Of a stretch of DNA of 64,000 nt, positions 18,032-27,122 are shown one piece after another. Position numbers and translations under genes: made by a program. Location: positions 11,939 through 75,938 of the IMG/VR virus record IMGVR_UViG_3300025715_000361. The stretch is one strand, 5' to 3'. Positions within the stretch are counted from its first letter, which is position 1. Each line of letters opens with the position of its first letter. The DNA comes from a virus. Its lineage: Duplodnaviria; Caudoviricetes. The notes under the pieces were generated by a model that was not told the DNA's origin, ran no database searches, and saw nothing but the letters and a program-made list of their open reading frames with translations.

Positions 18032-20914
18032 ATGTTTAAAGAGATTAAGGTAGTAGCGACATTTAACGAAAGAACTGGGTACGGGATTCACGGTTCGAGG
18101 TTTTTCCCGAAACTGTTGGATCGTCTTGGAAAGTTTAAGGACGGAGAGGGTGTTGCTACCGTATCCCTCCTTGATGTGGTATCTGCCTCCCATGTCACGG
18201 CAGTTCACCCGTCTCCGTCCATCCTTTACAACGTCTGGGAGTCAACGGAATATCCAATGGCTTTCATGGAGAAGCTGAAAAATTACGATCAGCTTTGGGT
18301 TCCTTCTGAATGGCAGAGGTCTTGTTCAATTGCACAGGGAATACCGGAAGAGTTTGTAAAGGTAGTGCCGGAAGGCGTTGATCCAGATGTTTACAAGCCA
18401 GTAGATGTTGAAATCGGGGAAATATTTACATTTGTTCATGTGGGGCAATGGCAACCGAGAAAATCCACTTTGGAAGTCATACAGTCTTTTTTGAAAGCGT
18501 TTCCAGACAACGACAGCGTGCGGTTGGAATTGTCTGTGGATACGTTGTTTCCATCGGATCAGTACAAATCCACTGAAGAAAGGTTGGAAGCCTGTGGCAT
18601 CAAAGACAAAAGAATCATCGTTGTGCATTTCGAGGAAAGAGAGGACTATATCAGGAGGTTACAGAGGGCGGGGTGCTTTGTTAGCTGTTCACGTTCCGAG
18701 GGATGGGGTTTGCCGATCATCGAGGCAATGGCGTGTGGAGTACCGACAATCGTGGCAGATTTTGGAGGTTCAACCGAGTACGCTTTTGATGCGATTAAAG
18801 TACGTGTGCCTAAACTGATTAAGCCCTATGGGATTTACGGAAACTGGGATGTGCCGGGGTACTGGGGAGAGCCTGATTTCGATCATCTGGTGGAGCAAAT
18901 GAGGGCTGTTTACAGCGATTATTACGGTTACAAGAAAAGAGCCCTTGAATCATCTGAACGGATAAGGCGGGACTTCTCATGGGACAAGGCCGCAGACAAG
19001 GCTATGGTGATTCTTGAAAGTCTGTCACAGCGGTACAAGCCACAGGAATACAAGATCGAAAACAAGAAAGAAGGAGTTTTCGTGGTGGATTGCTGGCCCA
19101 GTTCAAAAGAAAAGATGCAAACGCTTGTTGAAACGGTTGAGCAAATCCATAGTTACGGGTTTCCGGTGATTATAACTTCTCATTATGCCCTGCCGGATGA
19201 GGTGATTAAAAAGGCAGAATACTACATTTATGACCGTGAAGATATCATGTCTGGTGATGACAAACCCTATTATTGGAGAATCAGACCGGACGGAACAAGG
19301 GAAACAAAACGAGCCAATGTCGAATATCAGGGTGTCGCCGCAATAAACAACTTCCGGAATGCCATCGATTTCTGCCGAGGAAGGTTCGAGTGGGTATACC
19401 AGATGGGGGCAGACATTGAGGTCGATATGGAAACGTGGTTATCCCTTGTTTCGTCCTCTGATAAAGACTTGGTTTGCATCCCGTATGAAGGAGTTAAAAA
19501 CGGCGTTGGCGGCGGTATCATGGCCGGTAAAACGGAACTATATGACAAGCTGATACCAAGGCTGAAATCATGGAAGCAGTATGCAGACCTGTACCCGAAT
19601 GAGAAGTTTGTTGCGGAACGATGGCTTTACCGTTACTTCACCGATACAATGCCGGATTTCGATAACATTGTCGATTGGGTGAATATTGAGACAACAAACA
19701 GGTGGGATAACGTGGACAGAACGGTTTGGAAAGACGATGACTTTATCTGCCATTTCGTAGAAGGGCCGTTCCTTCAGATTGTCGGGGGAAGTGTAAACGA
19801 ATACGATGTGGAGTGGTCAACTCCAACCAATCCGCTTTTGTACACGTTGAAGCAGAAAGCGGGAATGTGGAGCCGTCCGAATATAAAATATTATCAGCCG
19901 TGGACTGTCAAGGCGAAGCTGAACGGGGAAGTCAAATTTGAGCATTCCTTTGATCCCAGAGGGAAAAGGGTTCTTGTGTGCATGGGGTCAAAGGCTTTGG
20001 GTGACACTTTGGCGTGGATGCCCTATGTAGAAGAATTCCGTAAAAAGTGGGATTGCCACTTGATCTGTTCGAGTTGGTGGATTGACATTCTGGATTACCC
20101 TGAAATTGAATACGTGAAGCCGGGTTCTGGGGTGGAAAACATTTACGCAAGTTTCAATGTGGGGTGTTTTGACAATCAGTTGGAATTGAATGTCGAAAAC
20201 TGGAGAACAACGATACTCCAGAAAGTGTCTGCGGACATCCTTGGGATCGATTACACGCCGATAAAGGCAAAGCTGAAATTTACTCCGCACCGTGAAGGGA
20301 ACGGGAAACCCAAAAAGCCATACGTTTGCTTTTCGGAATACTCGACCATGCAGAACAAATTCTGGAACCGTGATGGGGCGTGGCAGAATATTATCGATTA
20401 CCTTGTTGATCTTGGATACGATTGCATTTCTATAAGCCCTGAAGGTACTTTGCTTAAAAACGTGGTTCAACATAACGGACAGCCAATTGAGCATACAATT
20501 GCAGATATTGCCGGATGTGAATTTTATCTTGGCTTGAACCATGGCCCCGCATGGATTGCTTATTCGCTTGGTGTCCCTGCGGTGATGATTACGGGAGTGA
20601 GTGAACCGTGGAACGATTTCCCGAATCCGTACAGGGTTTCGAGCGATGTGTGCAGACCGGGGTGTTTCAACGATCCGTCCCTTCCAATCAATCGGGGTTG
20701 GGAATGGTGTCCACGAAACAAGAATTACGAGTGTACGAGAGCGATAACAGAAGGAATGGTAATTGAAGCAATAAATCGGTTGAGAAAGGATTACGGGTAT
20801 GCCTGCGAAATCCAAAAAACAGCGGAGATTGATGGCGATGGCAGAACACCATCCGGAAATGATCTCGGAGAAGAACAGTGGGGTGCTGTCAATGTCAAAA
20901 GACCAGTTGCATGA
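18032..20914 (+). CDS. Multi-domain glycosyltransferase: GT4 + unknown domain + AAH/TibC-like O-heptosyltransferase
   Basis: VWESTEYP, EGWGLPIIEAMACG (GT4 E-x7-E); ALGDTLAWMPYVEEF; C-terminal CRPGCFND...WCPR...ECTRAIT four-Cys motif. Confidence 0.85.
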   Translation: MFKEIKVVATFNERTGYGIHGSRFFPKLLDRLGKFKDGEGVATVSLLDVVSASHVTAVHPSPSILYNVWESTEYPMAFMEKLKNYDQLWVPSEWQRSCSIAQGIPEEFVKVVPEGVDPDVYKPVDVEIGEIFTFVHVGQWQPRKSTLEVIQSFLKAFPDNDSVRLELSVDTLFPSDQYKSTEERLEACGIKDKRIIVVHFEEREDYIRRLQRAGCFVSCSRSEGWGLPIIEAMACGVPTIVADFGGSTEYAFDAIKVRVPKLIKPYGIYGNWDVPGYWGEPDFDHLVEQMRAVYSDYYGYKKRALESSERIRRDFSWDKAADKAMVILESLSQRYKPQEYKIENKKEGVFVVDCWPSSKEKMQTLVETVEQIHSYGFPVIITSHYALPDEVIKKAEYYIYDREDIMSGDDKPYYWRIRPDGTRETKRANVEYQGVAAINNFRNAIDFCRGRFEWVYQMGADIEVDMETWLSLVSSSDKDLVCIPYEGVKNGVGGGIMAGKTELYDKLIPRLKSWKQYADLYPNEKFVAERWLYRYFTDTMPDFDNIVDWVNIETTNRWDNVDRTVWKDDDFICHFVEGPFLQIVGGSVNEYDVEWSTPTNPLLYTLKQKAGMWSRPNIKYYQPWTVKAKLNGEVKFEHSFDPRGKRVLVCMGSKALGDTLAWMPYVEEFRKKWDCHLICSSWWIDILDYPEIEYVKPGSGVENIYASFNVGCFDNQLELNVENWRTTILQKVSADILGIDYTPIKAKLKFTPHREGNGKPKKPYVCFSEYSTMQNKFWNRDGAWQNIIDYLVDLGYDCISISPEGTLLKNVVQHNGQPIEHTIADIAGCEFYLGLNHGPAWIAYSLGVPAVMITGVSEPWNDFPNPYRVSSDVCRPGCFNDPSLPINRGWEWCPRNKNYECTRAITEGMVIEAINRLRKDYGYACEIQKTAEIDGDGRTPSGNDLGEEQWGAVNVKRPVA

Positions 20915-20990
20915 CTTTGCGGCAACATCGGAAAAAAATCTGCCTAACCGCAAGCGGAAGGGATACGGGTTGGGGAAGAAGAGAAAATAA
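20799..20990 (+). CDS. Small basic protein, DUF3008-like
   Basis: MPAKSKKQRRLM...MSKDQLHDFAATSEKNLP; overlaps 3' end of GT gene. Confidence 0.65.
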   Translation: MPAKSKKQRRLMAMAEHHPEMISEKNSGVLSMSKDQLHDFAATSEKNLPNRKRKGYGLGKKRK

Positions 20991-21003
20991 GGAGGATTGA
21001 AAA

Positions 21004-21174
21004 ATGGCAAAGGGATTTGGGCTTGGAAAACCGGAAGTGGAAACGGAAACCATGGGGCCGTTGACGAAGCTTTATTTGCAGGCAAAAGTCGCAAAAGAGG
21101 TTGAAGAGAGGAAAAAAGCAGAACCACCGCCTGCTCCTCCTCCTCCTGAAGAAAAGAAGGTAAAGCCTTATTAA
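21004..21174 (+). CDS. Small Pro-rich protein (56 aa, not in ORF track)
   Basis: AAGGAGG RBS; MAKGFGLGK...PPPAPPPPEEKK. Confidence 0.6.
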   Translation: MAKGFGLGKPEVETETMGPLTKLYLQAKVAKEVEERKKAEPPPAPPPPEEKKVKPY

Positions 21175-21186
21175 TAGGTAGGGAAA

Positions 21187-22116
21187 ATGCAAGGGCAATT
21201 CGAGCAAAGTTTGGATCGGTTTTCCGGTCTTGACAATGTACGGGACAAGCACAGGCTGATTCCGCAACCGATTTACCATAAAGGGATATATCTTGTTCCG
21301 TTATGGCAAGCGGACAATGTTGAGATCGATGATACTCACCAGTTGAAATCGAGGTCTGGATATACAAGGGTTGCGTCTGGATCACAGATACACTCCATGT
21401 GGTCGAACAATGAGGTCTGCTTATATGTGGATGGGACTTCGTTGATGCAACTGAATTCAAGCTATTCGTCAATTACTTTGAGAACCGGCCTGACACCGAA
21501 TGCGAGAATGTCATATGCGGACTTCAACGACAAAATCTACTACTCGAATGAATTCGAGATCGGGTTTGTAAGGAATTCAACGAACAACGGTGTTGTTGAT
21601 CCGAGTATGGCGTTCAAGAAAGACATCCCTGCCGGTCAGTTGCTTGCTGTTTACAATTCAAGTTTGTTCGTGGCAAGGGACGATACGTTGTATATCTCTG
21701 ATCCGCTGTGCGATTATTACGATATCAGGAAGGGATACCGCAGATTCAATAACCGGATAACGATGGTGAGGCCGGTTAGCGATGGAATCTACATTTCCGA
21801 TGATCGCATATGGTTCATGTCCGGCCCGTCAAACGAAGATTTTGAATTGTCGGAAGCGTATCCTTCTCAAGCATTGCCGAATACTGATGTGAATGTTGCC
21901 GGACAGTATGTCAGCGAAGAGGGAATGCAGGGCGTGGTTGCCATATGGACATCAAGGGATGGCATCTGCTTGGGTGATAGCAAGGGGAAGGTCATAAGCC
22001 TTACTGAATCAAGGTATGATTATGGCACAGCCGGTACTGCGGGAATAAGGAGGAGAGGGGCGGCGTATATCAGGGAGATAAACAATCAGAGACACTACAT
22101 CAATTCAATGTATTAG
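21187..22116 (+). CDS. Tail nozzle/head-closure-like virion protein
   Basis: Beta-rich 309 aa; ADNVEID...LKSRSGY start typical of podoviral stabilisation proteins; contains GTAGTAG. Confidence 0.5.
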   Translation: MQGQFEQSLDRFSGLDNVRDKHRLIPQPIYHKGIYLVPLWQADNVEIDDTHQLKSRSGYTRVASGSQIHSMWSNNEVCLYVDGTSLMQLNSSYSSITLRTGLTPNARMSYADFNDKIYYSNEFEIGFVRNSTNNGVVDPSMAFKKDIPAGQLLAVYNSSLFVARDDTLYISDPLCDYYDIRKGYRRFNNRITMVRPVSDGIYISDDRIWFMSGPSNEDFELSEAYPSQALPNTDVNVAGQYVSEEGMQGVVAIWTSRDGICLGDSKGKVISLTESRYDYGTAGTAGIRRRGAAYIREINNQRHYINSMY

Positions 22117-22128
22117 GAGGACGGGAAA

Positions 22129-22581
22129 ATGGCATTCAGACTTTCGACAGGGTTAAGGACGGGGCTTCTTGGGACTTGGGGTTTTAAGGAGCTTATGGAC
22201 AACGGGTGGCTGGATATTTACACCGGAGCACAGCCGACACATCCGGATTACGTGGAAACCGGCACGAAACTGGTACGGATCAGTTCCACGTGCGGAGCCG
22301 GAGTTGATGACGGTTGCAAGTTTGGGACAGCCGGTACGGGGGTTCTTCCAATCGGCGGGGTTGCGTGGCAGGGTGTTGTGCTTGCGGACGGAGTTGCCGG
22401 ATGGGCAAGATACTATGCTTCTTCAGGAACGGGCGGCCAAACCGGAACAAGCGGTACGGCGATCAGATTTGACTTGTCTGTTGGAGTATCCGGTGCTGAC
22501 CTGAACCTTTCACATACGAGCCTGACAACGGGTGCTACGCTCACAATTACTGCGGCAAACGTGACTCAGCCGGAAGAATAA
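22129..22581 (+). CDS. Virion structural protein, paralog 1
   Basis: MAFRLSTGLR, IYTGAQP, AGWARY, RFDLSVG. Confidence 0.7.
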   Translation: MAFRLSTGLRTGLLGTWGFKELMDNGWLDIYTGAQPTHPDYVETGTKLVRISSTCGAGVDDGCKFGTAGTGVLPIGGVAWQGVVLADGVAGWARYYASSGTGGQTGTSGTAIRFDLSVGVSGADLNLSHTSLTTGATLTITAANVTQPEE

Positions 22582-22593
22582 CGGAGGTGCGTC

Positions 22594-23037
22594 ATGGCTT
22601 TTAGAATGAGCACAAGCCTGAAGGACTATCTTTGCACGGCAGGGATAGTTACAAATTTTGCCGGTACAACGGGAACTGGTGGAACTGCGGTACTGTATAT
22701 CTATACGAACACGCAACCGGCAAGTGCGGACGAAGGTGATTGCGGAACCCTTTCCGGTACGTTCGGGACGATACTTGCGGTGATTGAAGGAATAGGGTGG
22801 GGCACTGCTCTAACCGGAACGTGTGCTTTTGCAACTGCGGGAGGGTATTCGTCAACGTCGAGAACTGCCGGGACAGCGGGATGGGCAAGGCTTGAGTGCA
22901 TAAATGACAATGGTACTTGCCGTATCGATGGAAATGTAGGGACTGGGTTAGGAAATGTCTGGACAATCAATCAGGCGATTTTTGCAACAAACGGGGAAAC
23001 AGTCACTTTGACATCCGCAGATGTTTACATGGGGTAA
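22594..23037 (+). CDS. Virion structural protein, paralog 2
   Basis: MAFRMSTSLK, IYTNTQP, AGWARL, RIDGNVG. Confidence 0.7.
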   Translation: MAFRMSTSLKDYLCTAGIVTNFAGTTGTGGTAVLYIYTNTQPASADEGDCGTLSGTFGTILAVIEGIGWGTALTGTCAFATAGGYSSTSRTAGTAGWARLECINDNGTCRIDGNVGTGLGNVWTINQAIFATNGETVTLTSADVYMG

Positions 23038-23040
23038 ACC

Positions 23041-23916
23041 ATGAATGTAGAAATCGTTATTATTTCAAAAATGATAGGGAACCTTGTCTCTGGAAGTCCG
23101 ACAGGTGGTGGAGGAGGATACTCATACTCACAGCAAGGTGGTCAAGGGGTTTCCATGTCAAATATGGCATGGTTTCTCAAAAACGACAAAGGTTTCACGT
23201 ACTGATTTGGTGGTCATTCTCCATCAGGTGGTGGAGGAGGATACTCTGGGTGGAATCCGGGTGTTGGGGCAATTGTTAGCGGATTGAGGTGGAAAGCCAT
23301 CTATGGGCAGTATCTTGTCCAAGGGGCATCTAATATTAAGACATTGCTGAAATTTGACAATGGTACGGGTGGATCATCCAATGTCGATATTGTTGATGAA
23401 GCGGGAAGAACTTGGACAAGGGAAGGCGGAGACAACACGGCTTATGTAAGCACAACTCAAGCAAAATACGGAGTATCGTCTTTGTATACTCCAAATGAGA
23501 AATATATCTCGGCTGAGTATTCCACAGATTTCTATTTTGCTGATGGAGACTTCTGCATAGAAACGTGGGTTTACCATGTTGATACAAGCAAATGTTTTGT
23601 TTTTCAATGGGGCGATACGTCATCATATGGTTACAGGCTACAAACTCGCCCATATCATACGATAGGGATAAGATTTGAAGTCGTATGGAATGATGGTGGA
23701 GATTCGCTGTGGGTGACTTACGATGATAGTGTGATTCAGGCAATTACCCACGGAGCATGGCATCACGTTGCTGTATCAAGATATGGTGGAACGATCACAT
23801 TGTATTTGGATGGCATTGCGGTGGCATCTGAAACTGCGGTAACAATGCCTGATGCGATATCTTGTAGTCAGCCCGATGATTGGAAATTTTATGTGACAAA
23901 ACGGGAGGTTTTTTAA
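23041..23916 (+). pseudogene. N-terminal part of LamG/ConA-like tail gene with internal in-frame TGA (23203-23205)
   Basis: ATG 23041 is in frame with ORF 23284-23916; GDFCIETWVY and WHHVAVSRYGGTITLYLDG LamG motifs; ends at TAA 23914-23916. Confidence 0.6.
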
Positions 23917-25767
23917 GTGGCGTACTTACGATATGTAGATGAATTCTGCATAACAAAGGGCGATTCCGTTTACACCGGAAATTTCACTCCTTCTGAAAAA
24001 ACATATTCTGGTGGTGGGACATCTGGTTTCACTACTGCAAAACAAACAGGAAATCAAAACTCAGGATTGCTGGTTAGCCAATCAGATGTCATGGACATCA
24101 GCAAGGGTGATTTTACCATTGAGGTTCATTACTATGTAAATTCGATTTATCAAATGTGGGGTGGTGAGCCAGACCTTCGGTACAACATCATTGGGCAGTT
24201 TGAAGATTCAATGGTGGATTCTGCTTCAGACTTATCGAAAAATTGGTGGGCACTTGAATACATAACTCATGATGACATGACAGCGGAAATCAGATTCCGT
24301 ATATGGGATGATAGTAGCAATTCCTATATTGCGGATGTTTATTATCCGTTGAGCATGGATTGGGCAAGCTCATACACAAATTTCGAGAAAAATAATACCG
24401 ATCCCGATCCGATACACATTGCAGTTGTTAGAAGCGGGAATGAAGTCCGACTTTTTGTGAATGGAGATTATGTTGCTACAAGCATAGGATCAATATCCGA
24501 TTGGGATACAATCACTTCAGAATTTCAAATAAATGGACAGCAAGCTTATTATGCTGAGGATTATCCTTATAGTGTAACAAGCATCTCAGAATTGCGTGTT
24601 TTGAATTACGCTTTGTATTGGGATGAATTTGCCCCTCCGGAAACTTTTACGCAGTTGTCTGGCATTTTTGTTATGCCGAGAATGTTTGGCGTTTTGTTTA
24701 TTGGCGATCCCGGTGACATGACGGGGACGTTCTCATTTTTACCAAGGTTTAATGCTTCGTTATATTATGTTGGTGATGCCGGATCAGAAAATTATCCGCA
24801 TCGTATGGATATTGTAAAACCTGAACTCGACATTGAGATAACAGGTCTGGTAGAGATATTCGGTCAGACAAGTGACGGACCGCTGGAAAAAGCTCCGTTG
24901 CAAATAGACGCAACCGGAATTGTTGGAATTGCCGGTTCTTGGTTTATTACGCTTCCAAATCGTGAGGCACTTTTAACAGGACGCATAAATGAGATTGGTG
25001 CGTTTTATGTGTCGCTTCCTTCCAGAGTACCGGAATGGGACGGCATCTATAATCCGACAGGAACGATAGATGTCATTCTTTCAAAGGAAATAGATTGGGC
25101 AGGGATCATTTCCGAAATAGGCACAATCAATCTTTACCTTCCGAATCCTCGCATTTCAACGGAGGATTTATACGGAGCGGCGGTAGGCACTTCCGGAATC
25201 ACAAAACCGGCTTTGCGTGCGTTATTTACGGGGTTAAGCTCAATCAGTGGAACAATGGGCGTTAGCATTCCCATGCTCCAATTGATTCTGGAATTTTCCC
25301 CGACTTCCTATATAAACCTTGTTTTAAACATTCGTGCATTCGGTCTTACGCAGTATTCTAATTATGGATTCAATTCGATGTGTCGGTTCAATAACAAACA
25401 TTTCGGTGCAAATGGCACAGCGATATACGATCTGGATGAAGGCGATACAGATGACGGCACTTTCATCAAGTGGAATTTCAGGTCTGGATATATCGATCTT
25501 GAACAAAAGCAGAAAAAGAAGCTCAAACAGGTCTGGATGTCGTACAAATCCAATGGAGATTTGATGATTACGGTAGTGCTTCCAGACGGTACGGAATACG
25601 AGTACGAGTTGGATGAAGTGTATGAGGATGAAACGGGGCTGAGGCTGAAATTTGGCAAAGGAATCAGAAGCAAGTATGTTGCGATAGATGTGCGGAACAC
25701 GGATGGAAGCGACATAACACTTGATGCGATGAAAATCATGATGGACAAGGCTGGAGCGGCACGGTGA
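23917..25767 (+). CDS. Tail protein: end of LamG-1, LamG-2 and C-terminal virion domain
   Basis: Same frame as 23041; begins YVDEFCITKG..YTGNFTP (tail of a LamG domain); HIAVVRSGNEVRLFVNG; GGGAGG RBS 8 nt before GTG. Confidence 0.8.
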   Translation: MAYLRYVDEFCITKGDSVYTGNFTPSEKTYSGGGTSGFTTAKQTGNQNSGLLVSQSDVMDISKGDFTIEVHYYVNSIYQMWGGEPDLRYNIIGQFEDSMVDSASDLSKNWWALEYITHDDMTAEIRFRIWDDSSNSYIADVYYPLSMDWASSYTNFEKNNTDPDPIHIAVVRSGNEVRLFVNGDYVATSIGSISDWDTITSEFQINGQQAYYAEDYPYSVTSISELRVLNYALYWDEFAPPETFTQLSGIFVMPRMFGVLFIGDPGDMTGTFSFLPRFNASLYYVGDAGSENYPHRMDIVKPELDIEITGLVEIFGQTSDGPLEKAPLQIDATGIVGIAGSWFITLPNREALLTGRINEIGAFYVSLPSRVPEWDGIYNPTGTIDVILSKEIDWAGIISEIGTINLYLPNPRISTEDLYGAAVGTSGITKPALRALFTGLSSISGTMGVSIPMLQLILEFSPTSYINLVLNIRAFGLTQYSNYGFNSMCRFNNKHFGANGTAIYDLDEGDTDDGTFIKWNFRSGYIDLEQKQKKKLKQVWMSYKSNGDLMITVVLPDGTEYEYELDEVYEDETGLRLKFGKGIRSKYVAIDVRNTDGSDITLDAMKIMMDKAGAAR

Positions 25768-27113
25768 CAGTACCGACAAGATATAAATGCTTCAGAGGGC
25801 CGGATAGTGCCGTTCCATTACTGGATGTTGTTGGAAATCTTTGTGTAAAAGCAAACGACTTACCAAGTCCGTCAAGAATTTGGGCTGAAACAAACAGAGG
25901 GACGGTAGAAGTTTTGAAAACGGACAAGTTCGATTATGTATATACAAAATGGAAGAAAAGTATGGCGGCGTTTTTTTTCTGGAATCCATGGACAAAGCTG
26001 ACAGATATTTTCACTTCAAATTTGGATTATATTCAATCTTGGGGAATTGATTCCGAAGATGGGTACGTTGAAGTTAGCATAGGTGAGGAAGGGGTTTACC
26101 TGTACGTTGTAAAGGAGCATCCGTATCTTTACGCAAAATATAAGTTTTCATGGTCTGGACAGTATATATCGGGGCTTATTTACCCTTCAGGAGTACATGA
26201 AATCGCGTTTAGCGAATCTCCGGCATATAACATCTTGTGGATATGGTCTCCGGTGTGGGATACTGACAACGGGATATTTAAACATCTTGCCGATCCACAA
26301 AAGCACGATGGCAGTCATCTTCAGGTGTTTTACTTGTATGAAAACTTGGTTTATACTGGGAAGTATCTCGCTTTGGATTGCAATGATACGCACTGGGAGC
26401 ACATCATGGCAATGGAAATACGTGACAACCAAATTCATGCACTCCATTGGGAATGCGATATTGTTGAAGCAGAGGAGCTTGGGTATATTTATCCTCTTGA
26501 CCCTATAACTTTTGAAAAGGTTGGGTATCCACGTTATTTGTATGACCACAGGACGGTAAAAACATCCATCATCAAATACGATATGAATTTTACTGAAATT
26601 GAACGGGTTACATATGACGATAACACAGATTTCGAGTGGACTGGAGGCACTCCTTGGCCTTTAAGCTTAGAAATGAAAAAGTATCAATTCGTAGAGATTG
26701 AAAGATTTTATAACGAAGATACATGGCTAAAGTTTGGACATTTTTATGGCATTCCTGTTTTTTTGCATTACGATGAATATTCAAATCGGTATATTATTGA
26801 TTATGATATGCCGCAATATTTCAGGTCTTGTCCGGTAGATTTTGCTTCAGATGAAGATGATTTAATCCTGCCATTGCAAGCCGCCATTGATGATCCACAG
26901 CATTGTTATCAATTTGACGGTTTAGGATGCAGGGAGGGGCATTTCTGGTATTGGCTGGGCCATTATTTCCCTGTTGGAATACCTGACACAAGGGGTGAAA
27001 TATACAAAATAGACCCAAGTGGAAAAAGTGAAGCGGTATTGCATGAGTATTTAACCCCATTTGAAGGATATTACGATAGAGGCACAATAACAGACGATAA
27101 GAATGTTAAGTAG
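25764..27113 (+). CDS. Hypothetical aromatic-rich virion-associated protein
   Basis: 449 aa, GTGA overlap, AT-rich. Confidence 0.7.
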   Translation: MTVPTRYKCFRGPDSAVPLLDVVGNLCVKANDLPSPSRIWAETNRGTVEVLKTDKFDYVYTKWKKSMAAFFFWNPWTKLTDIFTSNLDYIQSWGIDSEDGYVEVSIGEEGVYLYVVKEHPYLYAKYKFSWSGQYISGLIYPSGVHEIAFSESPAYNILWIWSPVWDTDNGIFKHLADPQKHDGSHLQVFYLYENLVYTGKYLALDCNDTHWEHIMAMEIRDNQIHALHWECDIVEAEELGYIYPLDPITFEKVGYPRYLYDHRTVKTSIIKYDMNFTEIERVTYDDNTDFEWTGGTPWPLSLEMKKYQFVEIERFYNEDTWLKFGHFYGIPVFLHYDEYSNRYIIDYDMPQYFRSCPVDFASDEDDLILPLQAAIDDPQHCYQFDGLGCREGHFWYWLGHYFPVGIPDTRGEIYKIDPSGKSEAVLHEYLTPFEGYYDRGTITDDKNVK

Positions 27114-27122
27114 GAGGCTGTC

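Noticed and set aside
19988-21472. 494-aa minus-strand ORF
   Set aside because: Antisense to well-supported + strand genes; no motifs
23203-23250. Selenocysteine insertion at the TGA
   Set aside because: Only a weak 5-6 bp stem follows, and context (TY*FGG) suggests a Trp TGG>TGA change rather than a redox Cys site
23203-23916. Genome-wide stop-codon reassignment
   Set aside because: TGA ends portal and capsid genes and TAA ends many others at tight gene junctions, so standard code 11 fits
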